DNA from: Gemmatimonadota bacterium
GTDB lineage: Bacteria > Gemmatimonadota > Gemmatimonadetes > Palauibacterales > KS3-K002
DNA: 64,000 nt
Reading direction: 5' to 3'
Assembly: GCA_036475815.1 (NCBI GenBank)
Contig: JAZGAL010000090.1
Location: 1,613 to 65,612 of the forward strand
Below are positions 28,003 through 36,909 of the stretch, in pieces. The position numbers and the translations under genes were made by a program. The notes beneath the pieces are model-generated. The model was not told the origin of the DNA and did not search any database. It saw only the letters and a list, made by a program, of their open reading frames with translations. Each line of letters opens with the position of its first letter. The stretch's first letter is position 1.

Positions 28003-28617
28003 CTAACCGCGCGCCTCCGCGTAACGCTCGGCGACCGCGCCCCAATTGACCGTGTTCCACCAGGCCTCGATGTACTCGGGACGCCGGTTCTGATACTTGA
28101 GGTAGTAGGCGTGTTCCCAAACGTCCACGCCCAGGATCGGGGTGCGTCCTTGCGTAAGCGGGTTGTCCTGGTTCGGCGTGCTCTCGACGACCAGCTCGCC
28201 GTTCGAGTCCACCGATAGCCAACCCCAGCCGCTGCCGAAACGTGTTGCCGCGGCGTTGCTGAGCTGCTCCTTGAGGCTGGCGAAGTCACCGAACTTGGCG
28301 CTGAGCGCCTCAGCTAGATTGCCGGTCGGGTCGCCGCCGCCGTTGGGACTCATGATGGACCAGAAGAGAGTGTGGTTGGCGTGCCCGCCACCGTTGTTGC
28401 GGACCGCCGTACGGATGTCTTCCGGCACCTCGTTCAACTGGGCCAGCAGCTGCTCGGTGCTCCAGTCGGAAAGCGCCGGGTGCTGCTCGAGGGCCGCGTT
28501 CAACTTGCTGACGTAGCCGGCATGGTGCTTGTCGTGATGAATGCGCATCGTCTGCTCGTCGATGTACGGCTCGAGCGCGTTGTAGTCGTACGGGAGTGGG
28601 GGAAGTTCGTGAGCCAT
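28003..28617 (-). CDS. sodA: superoxide dismutase, Mn type
   Basis: [26 protein letters not shown] and [19 protein letters not shown]. The Gln in the NQD context favours the Mn type. Confidence 0.93.
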   Translation of the reverse strand: MAHELPPLPYDYNALEPYIDEQTMRIHHDKHHAGYVSKLNAALEQHPALSDWSTEQLLAQLNEVPEDIRTAVRNNGGGHANHTLFWSIMSPNGGGDPTGNLAEALSAKFGDFASLKEQLSNAAATRFGSGWGWLSVDSNGELVVESTPNQDNPLTQGRTPILGVDVWEHAYYLKYQNRRPEYIEAWWNTVNWGAVAERYAEARG

Positions 28618-28801
28618 CTTGTCCTCCGATCGCGATTGGGACCTCTCGGTCAGATATTACGAGACACGTATTGTACGCACAGCCGGCCCGAGCCCGCAAT
28701 TGCGGGAGCGGAGGCTCGCGGCCACTCAGCCGACGACGGCTGAGCGGCTGCTTGCGGGACGCGTGGGCTTCGGCGTATCTTCGGGCCTTGAATCGGGAGG
28801 A

Positions 28802-29128
28802 ATGCCATGCAGAGTGACCGCCTACAAATTTATGTACGTGACTCTCTGCGCCTTCGCCGCTTCGATTGTCGCGTGTGGTGGAGCCGGCGGCTACGAGCTC
28901 GGCTTACATCCGGCTGACGACGGAACGCCGACGGGGCTGGGTGGTGCCACTGTCTACTGGGGTGTTGACGACATCGAGGCCGCGGTGGCCAGGCTAACGG
29001 AGCTGGGTGCCACCGTGCACGGCGCGATACTCGACGTTGGCGAAGGGATCCTGGTCGCGTCGGTCGTCGATCCGTTCGGGAACCTGCTGGGCGTAATCAA
29101 GAATCCGCACTTCAAGGCGGAGTCCTAG
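28802..29128 (+). CDS. short VOC/glyoxalase-fold protein (only one half-domain recognisable)
   Basis: ATG 28802 follows GGGAGG. The C-terminal part VYWGVDDIEAAVARLTELGATVHGAILDVGEGILVASVVDPFGNLLGVIKN is VOC-like. The N-terminal ~30 aa are hydrophobic rather than a first beta-alpha-beta-beta-beta module. Confidence 0.5.
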   Translation: MPCRVTAYKFMYVTLCAFAASIVACGGAGGYELGLHPADDGTPTGLGGATVYWGVDDIEAAVARLTELGATVHGAILDVGEGILVASVVDPFGNLLGVIKNPHFKAES

Positions 29129-29135
29129 CGACCCG

Positions 29136-29810
29136 TCAGGGCGTCCAGGTCCAGTAGCTGGCCCCGATGCGCAGGTTGTGGAGCCACTCGGCCGGCCATG
29201 AATAGCGCAGCAGCACCGCCATCCAGCCGTGCGAGAGCGCGAGCGTGAACAGGTTGGGATTCCGGTCAAACAGCCTGCACCATACGTAGCCGCCCACCAG
29301 CGTCAGGAGAGCGAGGGGCCAGTTGGGCCAATGAACGATGGCGAAGAGAGATGCTGCGATCCCCGCGGCTAGACCAGAACGCCCAACGCCTTCCAAAGTA
29401 CGCCGGAAGGTGAAGGACTGCATGGCGTATTGCTGAGCGAGCCCCCACAGCGGGTAGAGCAGAAACGAGCTCAGTACACCACGCGGGAATGCGGGGCCGG
29501 CACCGGCGGCCATGCCAACCGCTACCACGATGATCGCACCGACGAGGGTGGCGATCCCGACCTCCCGCGCCGATGACCAGAAGTTGTCGAGGCGAAGGCC
29601 AAGATCGCGCGACCGATCCTTGTGCGCGAAGGCGGAAGCGAAGGGGATCAGCACGATGATCGTGAGGAAGGGGATCCCGAGCCGATCGTTGTGAGTAGGC
29701 TGGATGACCCAGACGTAAACCAGGGCGAGAGCGACGAACACCACGGGCTCGAGGGCAGACCTCACGTGCCCACCGACCCCTGCACTCGTGTCAGCCATCT
29801 TCATCCTCAC
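29136..29810 (-). CDS. CPBP-like multi-TM protein with a degenerate catalytic motif (QQ in place of EE)
   Basis: LWGLAQQYAMQSFTFRR occupies the position of EExxxR. FAIVHWPN (FxxxH) and LSHGWMAV (HxxxN/D-like) are retained. 224 aa, about 6 TM. Confidence 0.55.
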   Translation of the reverse strand: MRMKMADTSAGVGGHVRSALEPVVFVALALVYVWVIQPTHNDRLGIPFLTIIVLIPFASAFAHKDRSRDLGLRLDNFWSSAREVGIATLVGAIIVVAVGMAAGAGPAFPRGVLSSFLLYPLWGLAQQYAMQSFTFRRTLEGVGRSGLAAGIAASLFAIVHWPNWPLALLTLVGGYVWCRLFDRNPNLFTLALSHGWMAVLLRYSWPAEWLHNLRIGASYWTWTP

Positions 29811-29990
29811 AAGATCGCGTGGCTGGCCCTCGGTTGCCAGCGTCCGGCACCGTTACAACATTGCTACCGGCGGCGCAACGCCACTATTCTCTCTCAACCG
29901 TTGCGCAGCCAAGTGTTTGCGGTGAACCAGGCAAGTCGCTATATAGAGAGGGTCCTGATAGCGCAATCCCCGTGCAGGAGGTCCTTGTCC

Positions 29991-30521
29991 ATGGAGCGAC
30001 GTGATATTGGCACCGGACGCGTCGGTGCAGATCCGGTTGCTATCCCGGCAGTCGCCGGCCACGTGCGGTTCCGCGCCGAGAGTGAGCCTGGATTGGATTC
30101 GTTGAGCCGTCGCTGGCAGGCTACGTATTCTCACGGGCAGAACTGGTCGCGTTTCGGCATTGCGATCGATCTGAGCCGCCATACCTGTACGATCACGCGT
30201 ACGCCGGAAACCGACTATGCCGCCCTCTTGCGGGAACTGGCGGGCAAGCCTGCGGACTCGTTGACGCCGATACCACCGCCAAGCCGCAGGGTCGACTCGC
30301 TCACTTTCGACATGGATATCATCGGACTCAAGATGCCGCGGGTGCGGGCCGGGGCAACCGGGCCGGCGGGCGACTGGCTGGTTGTGCAGGCCTATCTTCC
30401 CGGCAGCACCGAGTCGTTCCTGTTGGGTGTGAGCAGTCGATTGGCAGCCGGTGAGATCGTGGTTTCCAGGCCGGAGGCGGGGCCGGCGATCGTCCACACC
30501 CTATCCCAGGTCTTCGGCTAG
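29991..30521 (+). CDS. hypothetical protein
   Basis: ATG 29991 follows GCAGGAGG. 176 aa, no recognisable domain. The upstream part of the track ORF (from 29622) overlaps the opposite-strand membrane gene and is rejected. Confidence 0.45.
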   Translation: MERRDIGTGRVGADPVAIPAVAGHVRFRAESEPGLDSLSRRWQATYSHGQNWSRFGIAIDLSRHTCTITRTPETDYAALLRELAGKPADSLTPIPPPSRRVDSLTFDMDIIGLKMPRVRAGATGPAGDWLVVQAYLPGSTESFLLGVSSRLAAGEIVVSRPEAGPAIVHTLSQVFG

Positions 30522-30691
30522 CCGCTGGAGGGCCGACGATAGAAGGCAGCTATCGGTAAGGCCATTCCCTTCGCTCCCAGTTGCCTTGCGCGCCCGATGC
30601 CGTTATCGTGAGTGTGCCCAATTCCCACATCAACAGCGGAAGCGGAACTCCTTGCGGTACGTAGTCGCTCACACTTAGCGGGAGGAGCGTT

Positions 30692-31204
30692 ATGAGAGGC
30701 AGAAAACTCACTCTGCTTCTGGTGCTCGTTCCATGCCTGGCCCTCATCTCGTGTGCCCAGCGCGCGGAAGAGGAACAGTCCGGCCAGGAGATGGAGATGG
30801 CGATGACCGTTAACATGGAGGAACTCGGTGCAAGCATCGCCGCGACCAACACTCAGTACGTCGAGGCGTTCATCAACGGGGACGCCGCTGCCCTGGCCGC
30901 TCTGTACGCGGAAGACGGGATGCGCATGGCGCCGTACGAGGAAACGGTCCAGGGGAACGTGGCGATCGAGGCGGTTTACAGCGAGATGTTCATGGCGTTG
31001 GTCAACAGGAACCTGACGCTGACTACGACCGACTACGGCGCCAGCGGCGACCTGGCCTATGCGGTCGGGACGTATAGCCTGAGCTACGAGATGGAGGGGG
31101 AGCAGGTACTGGATGAAGGCAAGTACCTCACGGTGTCGAAGCAGGCGCCGGATGGGACCTGGGAACTGTACGCTCAGGTCTGGAACAGCAACCTGCCACG
31201 CTAG
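30692..31204 (+). CDS. SnoaL-like/DUF4440 (NTF2-fold) lipoprotein
   Basis: Lipobox LALISC. YVEAFINGDAAALAALYAEDGMRMAP ... GKYLTVSKQAPDGTWELYAQVWNS is typical of the DUF4440/NTF2 fold. GGAGGAG SD. Confidence 0.75.
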   Translation: MRGRKLTLLLVLVPCLALISCAQRAEEEQSGQEMEMAMTVNMEELGASIAATNTQYVEAFINGDAAALAALYAEDGMRMAPYEETVQGNVAIEAVYSEMFMALVNRNLTLTTTDYGASGDLAYAVGTYSLSYEMEGEQVLDEGKYLTVSKQAPDGTWELYAQVWNSNLPR

Positions 31205-31221
31205 CCTGAGGGCGGGCGCTG

Positions 31222-31944
31222 ATGAGCCCCGCGGGGGAGAGCGTGCCCCTGCGGGGCTTGGCACGATGCGATCCCTTGTTGCAGACCGAGCACCTGACGC
31301 GCGTTGTTGATGGGCGGGCGCTCGTCGAGGACGTCTCCATCTCGGTTGAGCGGGGCGAGATGGTGGCCATCGTCGGGCCGAGCGGCAGCGGCAAGTCGTC
31401 TTTGCTGCGACTGCTCAACCGGCTCGACGAGCCTACGCGGGGAACGGTATACATCGAAGGTGAGGACTACCGGTGGATCCCGCCTCGCCGGTTGCGGCGC
31501 CGGGTGGGCATGTTGCTGCAGCGCCCTTTCCTCTTTCCGGGCACGGTGGCGGAGAACCTGGCCTTCGGCCCGGCCTCACACGACGAAACCCTGGCGGCTG
31601 AAGTCCTCGAGCAGCTACTCGAGCGGGTAGGTCTGCCGGGCCGCGCGGACAACAATGTGAGCCGGCTGTCTGGCGGTGAGGCGCAGCGGGTTTCGCTGGC
31701 GCGGACGCTGGCCAACAGTCCGGAGATTCTTCTGCTCGACGAGCCCACTTCGGGTCTCGACGAGGCGGCGCAACTGAGCATCGAGGCGCTGATCTGCAGC
31801 ATCGTCGAGGAGGGTGGGCTCACTTGTCTCCTAGTCACTCACGACCGCGCACAGGCCGCGCGCATGGCTCGGCGGGCTATCGTGCTGGAAGCGGGTCGGG
31901 TGGTGGACTCAGGTCCGATCCCGGAGATCACACATGCTGATTAG
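31222..31944 (+). CDS. fetA: ABC transporter ATP-binding protein (FetA/YbbL-like)
   Basis: Walker A GPSGSGKSS, signature LSGGEAQR and Walker B LLLDEPTSGLD. Paired with a UPF0014 permease. Confidence 0.75.
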   Translation: MSPAGESVPLRGLARCDPLLQTEHLTRVVDGRALVEDVSISVERGEMVAIVGPSGSGKSSLLRLLNRLDEPTRGTVYIEGEDYRWIPPRRLRRRVGMLLQRPFLFPGTVAENLAFGPASHDETLAAEVLEQLLERVGLPGRADNNVSRLSGGEAQRVSLARTLANSPEILLLDEPTSGLDEAAQLSIEALICSIVEEGGLTCLLVTHDRAQAARMARRAIVLEAGRVVDSGPIPEITHAD

Positions 31945-32722
31945 GTTCTTTGGCGATACGCTGCAACTGGGCCTCGCCCAGGCTGCGATCACGACTCTCC
32001 TCGCGCTGGCGGTCGTCTACGTTGCACGGCGCAGGGGCATCCACCTGGAACGTGAAAGTCTCATTGCTCTGCTACGTGGATTCATCCAGATAGTGGCGGT
32101 GGGGTCGATCCTCGTCTTCCTGTTCCGTGGGCCTTCCTGGATAAGCGCCTTCGTACTGCTGCTCATGATGCTGGCCGCTGCTGCGACAGCGTCGCGACGG
32201 GCGCAGGGGATTCGCGGTGCGTTTGCCGTTTCCTTCTACGGCATCGCCGGCGGTGCAGGGATTGTGATCGTCTTGATGACCGGGTTGGGCGTCATCGATC
32301 CCCGAATGGTTTCGCTCATTCCGGTGGGCAGCATGGTGATCGCCAGCGCCATGAACTCGAACGCGTTAGCGCTGGAGCGGTTTCGTTCCGAAGTATCCTC
32401 CAACGTCGGCTACATCGAGGCAGGTCTGGCGTTGGGTGCGGCACCTGATCGAGTTGTAGCACCCTACGTGCAGGCGGCAGTGGGGGCGGGCATGATCCCG
32501 CGCATCGACACGCTCCGGGCTCTTGGGATTGTGTGGATCCCCGGTTTGATGGCCGGGATGGTGTTGGCCGGTAGCGATCCGGTGTATGCTGCGGTGTACC
32601 AGTTCGTAGTGGTAGGGATGATATTTGCCGCGTCCGGGCTCACGTCGGTGATCAGCACGCTGCTCATCCGGGGGCGGGCTTTCTCGCCGGCCGAACAACT
32701 GTTACTCGGCGCGCAGCAGTAG
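31934..32722 (+). CDS. fetB: UPF0014-family ABC permease (FetB/YbbM-like putative iron exporter)
   Basis: 262 aa, multi-TM, overlapping the ATPase gene by 11 nt. The sequence pattern (GFIQIVAVGSIL..., NALALERF) fits the YbbM family. Confidence 0.75.
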   Translation: MLIRFFGDTLQLGLAQAAITTLLALAVVYVARRRGIHLERESLIALLRGFIQIVAVGSILVFLFRGPSWISAFVLLLMMLAAAATASRRAQGIRGAFAVSFYGIAGGAGIVIVLMTGLGVIDPRMVSLIPVGSMVIASAMNSNALALERFRSEVSSNVGYIEAGLALGAAPDRVVAPYVQAAVGAGMIPRIDTLRALGIVWIPGLMAGMVLAGSDPVYAAVYQFVVVGMIFAASGLTSVISTLLIRGRAFSPAEQLLLGAQQ

Positions 32723-32740
32723 GCCCGCGTATCCCTGACC

Positions 32741-32768
32741 TTTACTGCGTGCTGGACTAGCCTATAAT
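32741..32768 (+). promoter_or_regulatory. candidate sigma70 promoter for hutH
   Basis: TTTACT (32741-32746), a 16-nt spacer and TATAAT (32763-32768), 67 nt upstream of ATG 32835. Confidence 0.3.
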
Positions 32769-32834
32769 GCGGCGTTCCCAGCGCTCTCTGGGCGAGGAGC
32801 CGATACCGAAGGCAAAGGCAGGGAGGTTCAGCGA

Positions 32835-34370
32835 ATGCTCGAGATCGACGGCCACAGTCTCAGTCTAGAGGATGTGGGACGTGTCGCTCGGGGGCTGGAA
32901 TCAGACGTCACCCTCGCCGCTGATGCCTGCGTGGCTATGAACGCTTCCCGCGAGGTCGTCGAACGCTACCTCGATGCGGATGAGCCCGTCTACGGAGTCA
33001 CCACGGGCTTCGGCCGGCTCTCCGAAGTGGCCATCCCGTCGGCTCAGCGGCTACAGATGCAGGAGAACCTGATCCGCAGCCATTCGAGCGGCTTCGGGCA
33101 ACCACTTGCCCGTGAGGTGAGCCGCGCCGTGATGTTGCTGCGAGCGAACTCCCTCGCCCGGGGGAATTCGGGTATCCGGCTCGAGGTCGTCGAGCTTCTG
33201 CTCTCGCTGTTGCGACACGGCCTCGATCCGGTGATCCCTGAATTCGGCTCGGTGGGAGCGAGTGGCGACCTGGCTCCACTGGCGCACGTGGCCCAATGCC
33301 TGATGGGCGAGGGGCTGATTCATGGTGCGGAGGGCCCTGAACCGGCTGGGGCTGCCCTGGAGAAGGCGGGCCTCACCGCCATCAGGCCCCGGGAGAAGGA
33401 GGGGCTGGCGCTGATCAACGGAACGCAGGCGACGACGGGGATGGGGGTGCTCGCGCTGCTCGACGCGGAGGCCGCGGTGGAGACCGCCGAGCTGGCCGGC
33501 GCCATGTCGCTCGAAGGACTGAGGGGTACTCCGGCGCCGTTCAACGAGAGGGTCCATGTCAGCCGGCCGCATCCGGGCCAGATCACTAGCGCAGCGCGAC
33601 TGCGGTCGCTTCTGGCGGACAGCGAGATCCGTGAGTCGCACCGCCAAGACGATCCGCGGGTTCATGATGCGTACTCGCTTCGCTGCATGCCCCAGGTCCA
33701 CGGAGCGGCACGTGACGTCATGACTTTCGTCCGGAAGGTTCTGGAGATCGAGATCAACAGCTCGACGGATAACCCTCTGGTCTTCGCTGATACGGGCGAG
33801 ATCGTGAGCGCCGGAAACTTCCACGCACAGCTGATTGCGGAGGCGCTGGATTTCCTGACCATCGTCTGCGCCGACCTGGCATCCATCAGCCAACAGCGCA
33901 TCGAGCGACTACTCAACCCGGACCTGTCGGGCCTGCCCGCTTTCCTGGCGCGGGACCCGGGTGTAGAGTGCGGCTTCATGATCGCGCAGGTGGCGGCCGT
34001 GGACGTGCTGTCTGAGTTGAGGGTCATATCGCATCCGGCGAGCGTCGATTCGGTAACCACCAGCGCGAACAAGGAAGACCACGTGTCGATGGGGATGGAG
34101 GCGGCGCGGAAAGCACGACGCGCCGTGGGATGCCTGCAGTACGTGCTTGCCGTGGAACTGATGTGTGCCGCTCAAGCACTCGACTTCCTCAAACCGCTCG
34201 CCCCCGGCGTTGGCGCCGCGGCCGGCTATGAACTGGTGCGCGAGCACGTAGCACCGCTGGATGGCGACCGCGTGTTGAGCGGTGACATCGAGAGCCTGCG
34301 CGACGTGGTGGCCGGCGGTGCCTTCAGAGATGTGACCCTACGGCAGGCGGCAGCGGGCAGTGAGGGTTGA
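32835..34370 (+). CDS. hutH: histidine ammonia-lyase
   Basis: MIO-forming GSVGASGDLAPLAH, full-length 511 aa, AGGGAGG SD. Confidence 0.95.
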   Translation: MLEIDGHSLSLEDVGRVARGLESDVTLAADACVAMNASREVVERYLDADEPVYGVTTGFGRLSEVAIPSAQRLQMQENLIRSHSSGFGQPLAREVSRAVMLLRANSLARGNSGIRLEVVELLLSLLRHGLDPVIPEFGSVGASGDLAPLAHVAQCLMGEGLIHGAEGPEPAGAALEKAGLTAIRPREKEGLALINGTQATTGMGVLALLDAEAAVETAELAGAMSLEGLRGTPAPFNERVHVSRPHPGQITSAARLRSLLADSEIRESHRQDDPRVHDAYSLRCMPQVHGAARDVMTFVRKVLEIEINSSTDNPLVFADTGEIVSAGNFHAQLIAEALDFLTIVCADLASISQQRIERLLNPDLSGLPAFLARDPGVECGFMIAQVAAVDVLSELRVISHPASVDSVTTSANKEDHVSMGMEAARKARRAVGCLQYVLAVELMCAAQALDFLKPLAPGVGAAAGYELVREHVAPLDGDRVLSGDIESLRDVVAGGAFRDVTLRQAAAGSEG

Positions 34371-34464
34371 GGGCACACACACCGTCAAGCTTGAAACCCG
34401 ACTCCACTCGTTATCGTAAGGTCTACCGACAAAAGACCATAGGAATCGGATTCGCTGAGGAACT

Positions 34465-34728
34465 GTGCCGATGGGTTTCTTCTCCTGGATCGTGTTCGGC
34501 CTCATCGCCGGGGCCATCGCCAAGATGCTGCATCCGGGACGGGATCCCGGTGGCTGCCTGCTCACCATGCTGCTGGGTATCGGCGGCGCGATGGTCGGCG
34601 GCTACATCGGAACGCGGGTGGGCTGGGGCCAGGTTGGCGGGTTCGATCTTCGCTCCATGGGCCTCGCCGTGATGGGAGCTCTCGTCCTGCTGATCTCTTA
34701 CCGCTTGCTGTTCGGCAAATCGCGTTGA
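34465..34728 (+). CDS. GlsB/YeaQ/YmgE family stress-response membrane protein
   Basis: FFSWIVFGLIAGAIAKMLHPGRDPGG...LLGIGGAMVGGYIG is typical of the transglycosylase-associated family. The start could instead be ATG 34471. Confidence 0.85.
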   Translation: MPMGFFSWIVFGLIAGAIAKMLHPGRDPGGCLLTMLLGIGGAMVGGYIGTRVGWGQVGGFDLRSMGLAVMGALVLLISYRLLFGKSR

Positions 34729-34847
34729 CGGCGGCCGGTTACTTCCGCTTGTCGCCCTCGTCGTTTGATGCGCTCGAAACCATGACGTAGATTAGACCGT
34801 CCGTTCTGGCCGGTCCCTTTCGCGGTCACTGGGGGGCGCGTTTCCAT

Positions 34848-36890
34848 ATGCCTGAAGATGAACGCGGGCGTTTGCTAGAGCGCCTGAAGTTGCTCGAGCG
34901 AGTATCCGACGAGCTGCGGCGCGAGCTCGACCAGCTCAGGTCCGATCTGCTTCGCCACCGGGGCGAGGTGGATGAAACACCGGCCACCCCGATCCAGACC
35001 GTAGAGCCGCCGGTTGTTCCCACCCACCCCGAACAACCACCTGTCTACAAGCCCAGCGAAGAGACTGTCTCGGCCGGAGCGCCGGCCGGAGCGCCGGTTA
35101 GCGAAGACCGGCGCAGGAATCTCGTGGACCTGGAGTTCTGGCTCGGCGGCCGCGGTTTGCTGCTCCTCGGCGTGGCGGCGCTGGTCTTTGCCGTCGGCTT
35201 TCTGGTGAAAGAAGGGGTCGAGCGCGGCTGGATTGGCCCGGCGTTCCGCGTGCTCTCGGGTGCCGGCGTGGGTGTTGCAGCGGTAGTCATCGGCGAGCGG
35301 ATTCGCGCCATGGGATACCGGACCTACGGGCTTTGGCTCTCAGCCGGTGGCTTCGCCGCCATCTATCTCAGTATCTGGGCTGCGGCGGCTCTCTACTCGC
35401 TCGTCTCCCCGGCGGTGGGCTTCTCGATGATGGTGGCTGTGGTGGCCGCAGCCGCAGCCTTGGGTCTTCTCCGCAGCTCGGAGTCGTTCGTGGCGCTCGC
35501 CATGTTTGGTGGCTACCTCGCCCCGGTGCTGCTGTCCGTGGAGCCGGCGTCCACGCCGTTCAGCCTTGGCTACCTCGGTCTGCTCTCCGGCGCCGGCCTA
35601 TGGGTCTCATACCGGGCCCGCTGGATCTACCTGGCGACCGTGTCGATCTTGGGCGGCGGTCTGATGCCGCTGCTGGTTCAAGGCGAGCCGCATCTGCACG
35701 GGAGCTACCTGGTCGTACTGGTCGCGCTTGCGCTGCTGGTGGCACGTCGTCGGGAGTGGCGCGAGGTGTCGGTCCTGGCTGTCATGATCGGATGGGTCTC
35801 CTATTGGGCGGGCAGCAGCGACTGGATGATCTCGGGACTTATGTTCTCCTCCTACGCCGCAGCGCTGTGGCTCGCGAACCTGATCGCGTCCGTGGGCGTG
35901 CGGGACTGGCGGCCGGCCGAAGCGCAGGTCCGCGCTGCCAGCGGCGATGTGGCGGCAGGCGAGCGAGACCATGGGCTGGAGGATAGCGAGCGGGTCTACG
36001 AGCTTAGCGGTCTCGCCGTCACGCTGCTTCCGCCCTGGGCTTTCTACATCACAGCCATGGTTGGCCTGGGAGGTTCGCCCTACGCGGAGTGGCGGGGCGA
36101 GATCGGATTGGCATTGGGCCTGGTCATCGGCGCGGTCTACCTGGCCCAGGCGGTTTTCGGCGGTTCGGGGAGAGGAGCTGCAAGCCAGACCTGGCGAGCC
36201 GGGCTGGGTTACGCCTTCCTGGTGGCGGCGCCGCTGGCACAGTGGTCAGACGTCGCCCTCGTCCGTGTTTGGCTCTTGGAGGGCGTGGCGCTAACAGCCG
36301 CGGGGGTGTTGCTGAGGACGGTTGAGGCGCGGGCCGCGGGCCTCGCCGCCTTCGTGCTGGCAACCATGATTTTCTGGAGCGCCTCAGCTGCTGGCGAAGC
36401 GGCCGGCCCCGCCTTCATCGGCGGTTGGGCGCTGACCGGGTTGGGGACCGTGGCGGGACTCATCCTCTGGCCTTTGGCGCTCGTGCGCGCGGAGAGGCCG
36501 TCAGATTGGGAAACGGCGCTCCGACCGATTCTGCTCTCCGCCGCGGGGCTCATCTTCTTGGGGTGGGGGACGCAGGAGATCCAACGCTTCTGGGAGTTGC
36601 TTGGAGATGGGGAAGGATGGAACCTGGCGCGTGACCTTTCGATCAGCGGGTTCTGGATGGCCTACGCCGCCGCTCTGCTGACCTTGGGCTTCCGGCTTGG
36701 GCGGCCGCCGGTTCGCTGGGCGGGGCTCGCCATGGCACTCGTCGCTGCCGGCAAGGTGTTCCTTTACGATCTGTCGAACCTGGCGGAACTGTACCGAATC
36801 GTGAGCTTCGTATTGCTTGCGATCGTCCTCCTCGGCCTGTCCTTCCGCTATCAGAAGTTGCGCCGCGGCGAAGGTACGAACACTTCCTGA
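34848..36890 (+). CDS. DUF2339-like polytopic membrane protein
   Basis: N-terminal coiled-coil (RLKLLERVSDELRRELDQLRSD), a Pro-rich linker, then more than 15 TM helices. 680 aa. Confidence 0.7.
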   Translation: MPEDERGRLLERLKLLERVSDELRRELDQLRSDLLRHRGEVDETPATPIQTVEPPVVPTHPEQPPVYKPSEETVSAGAPAGAPVSEDRRRNLVDLEFWLGGRGLLLLGVAALVFAVGFLVKEGVERGWIGPAFRVLSGAGVGVAAVVIGERIRAMGYRTYGLWLSAGGFAAIYLSIWAAAALYSLVSPAVGFSMMVAVVAAAAALGLLRSSESFVALAMFGGYLAPVLLSVEPASTPFSLGYLGLLSGAGLWVSYRARWIYLATVSILGGGLMPLLVQGEPHLHGSYLVVLVALALLVARRREWREVSVLAVMIGWVSYWAGSSDWMISGLMFSSYAAALWLANLIASVGVRDWRPAEAQVRAASGDVAAGERDHGLEDSERVYELSGLAVTLLPPWAFYITAMVGLGGSPYAEWRGEIGLALGLVIGAVYLAQAVFGGSGRGAASQTWRAGLGYAFLVAAPLAQWSDVALVRVWLLEGVALTAAGVLLRTVEARAAGLAAFVLATMIFWSASAAGEAAGPAFIGGWALTGLGTVAGLILWPLALVRAERPSDWETALRPILLSAAGLIFLGWGTQEIQRFWELLGDGEGWNLARDLSISGFWMAYAAALLTLGFRLGRPPVRWAGLAMALVAAGKVFLYDLSNLAELYRIVSFVLLAIVLLGLSFRYQKLRRGEGTNTS

Positions 36891-36909
36891 CGCTGCCGGT
36901 GGCTACGGA

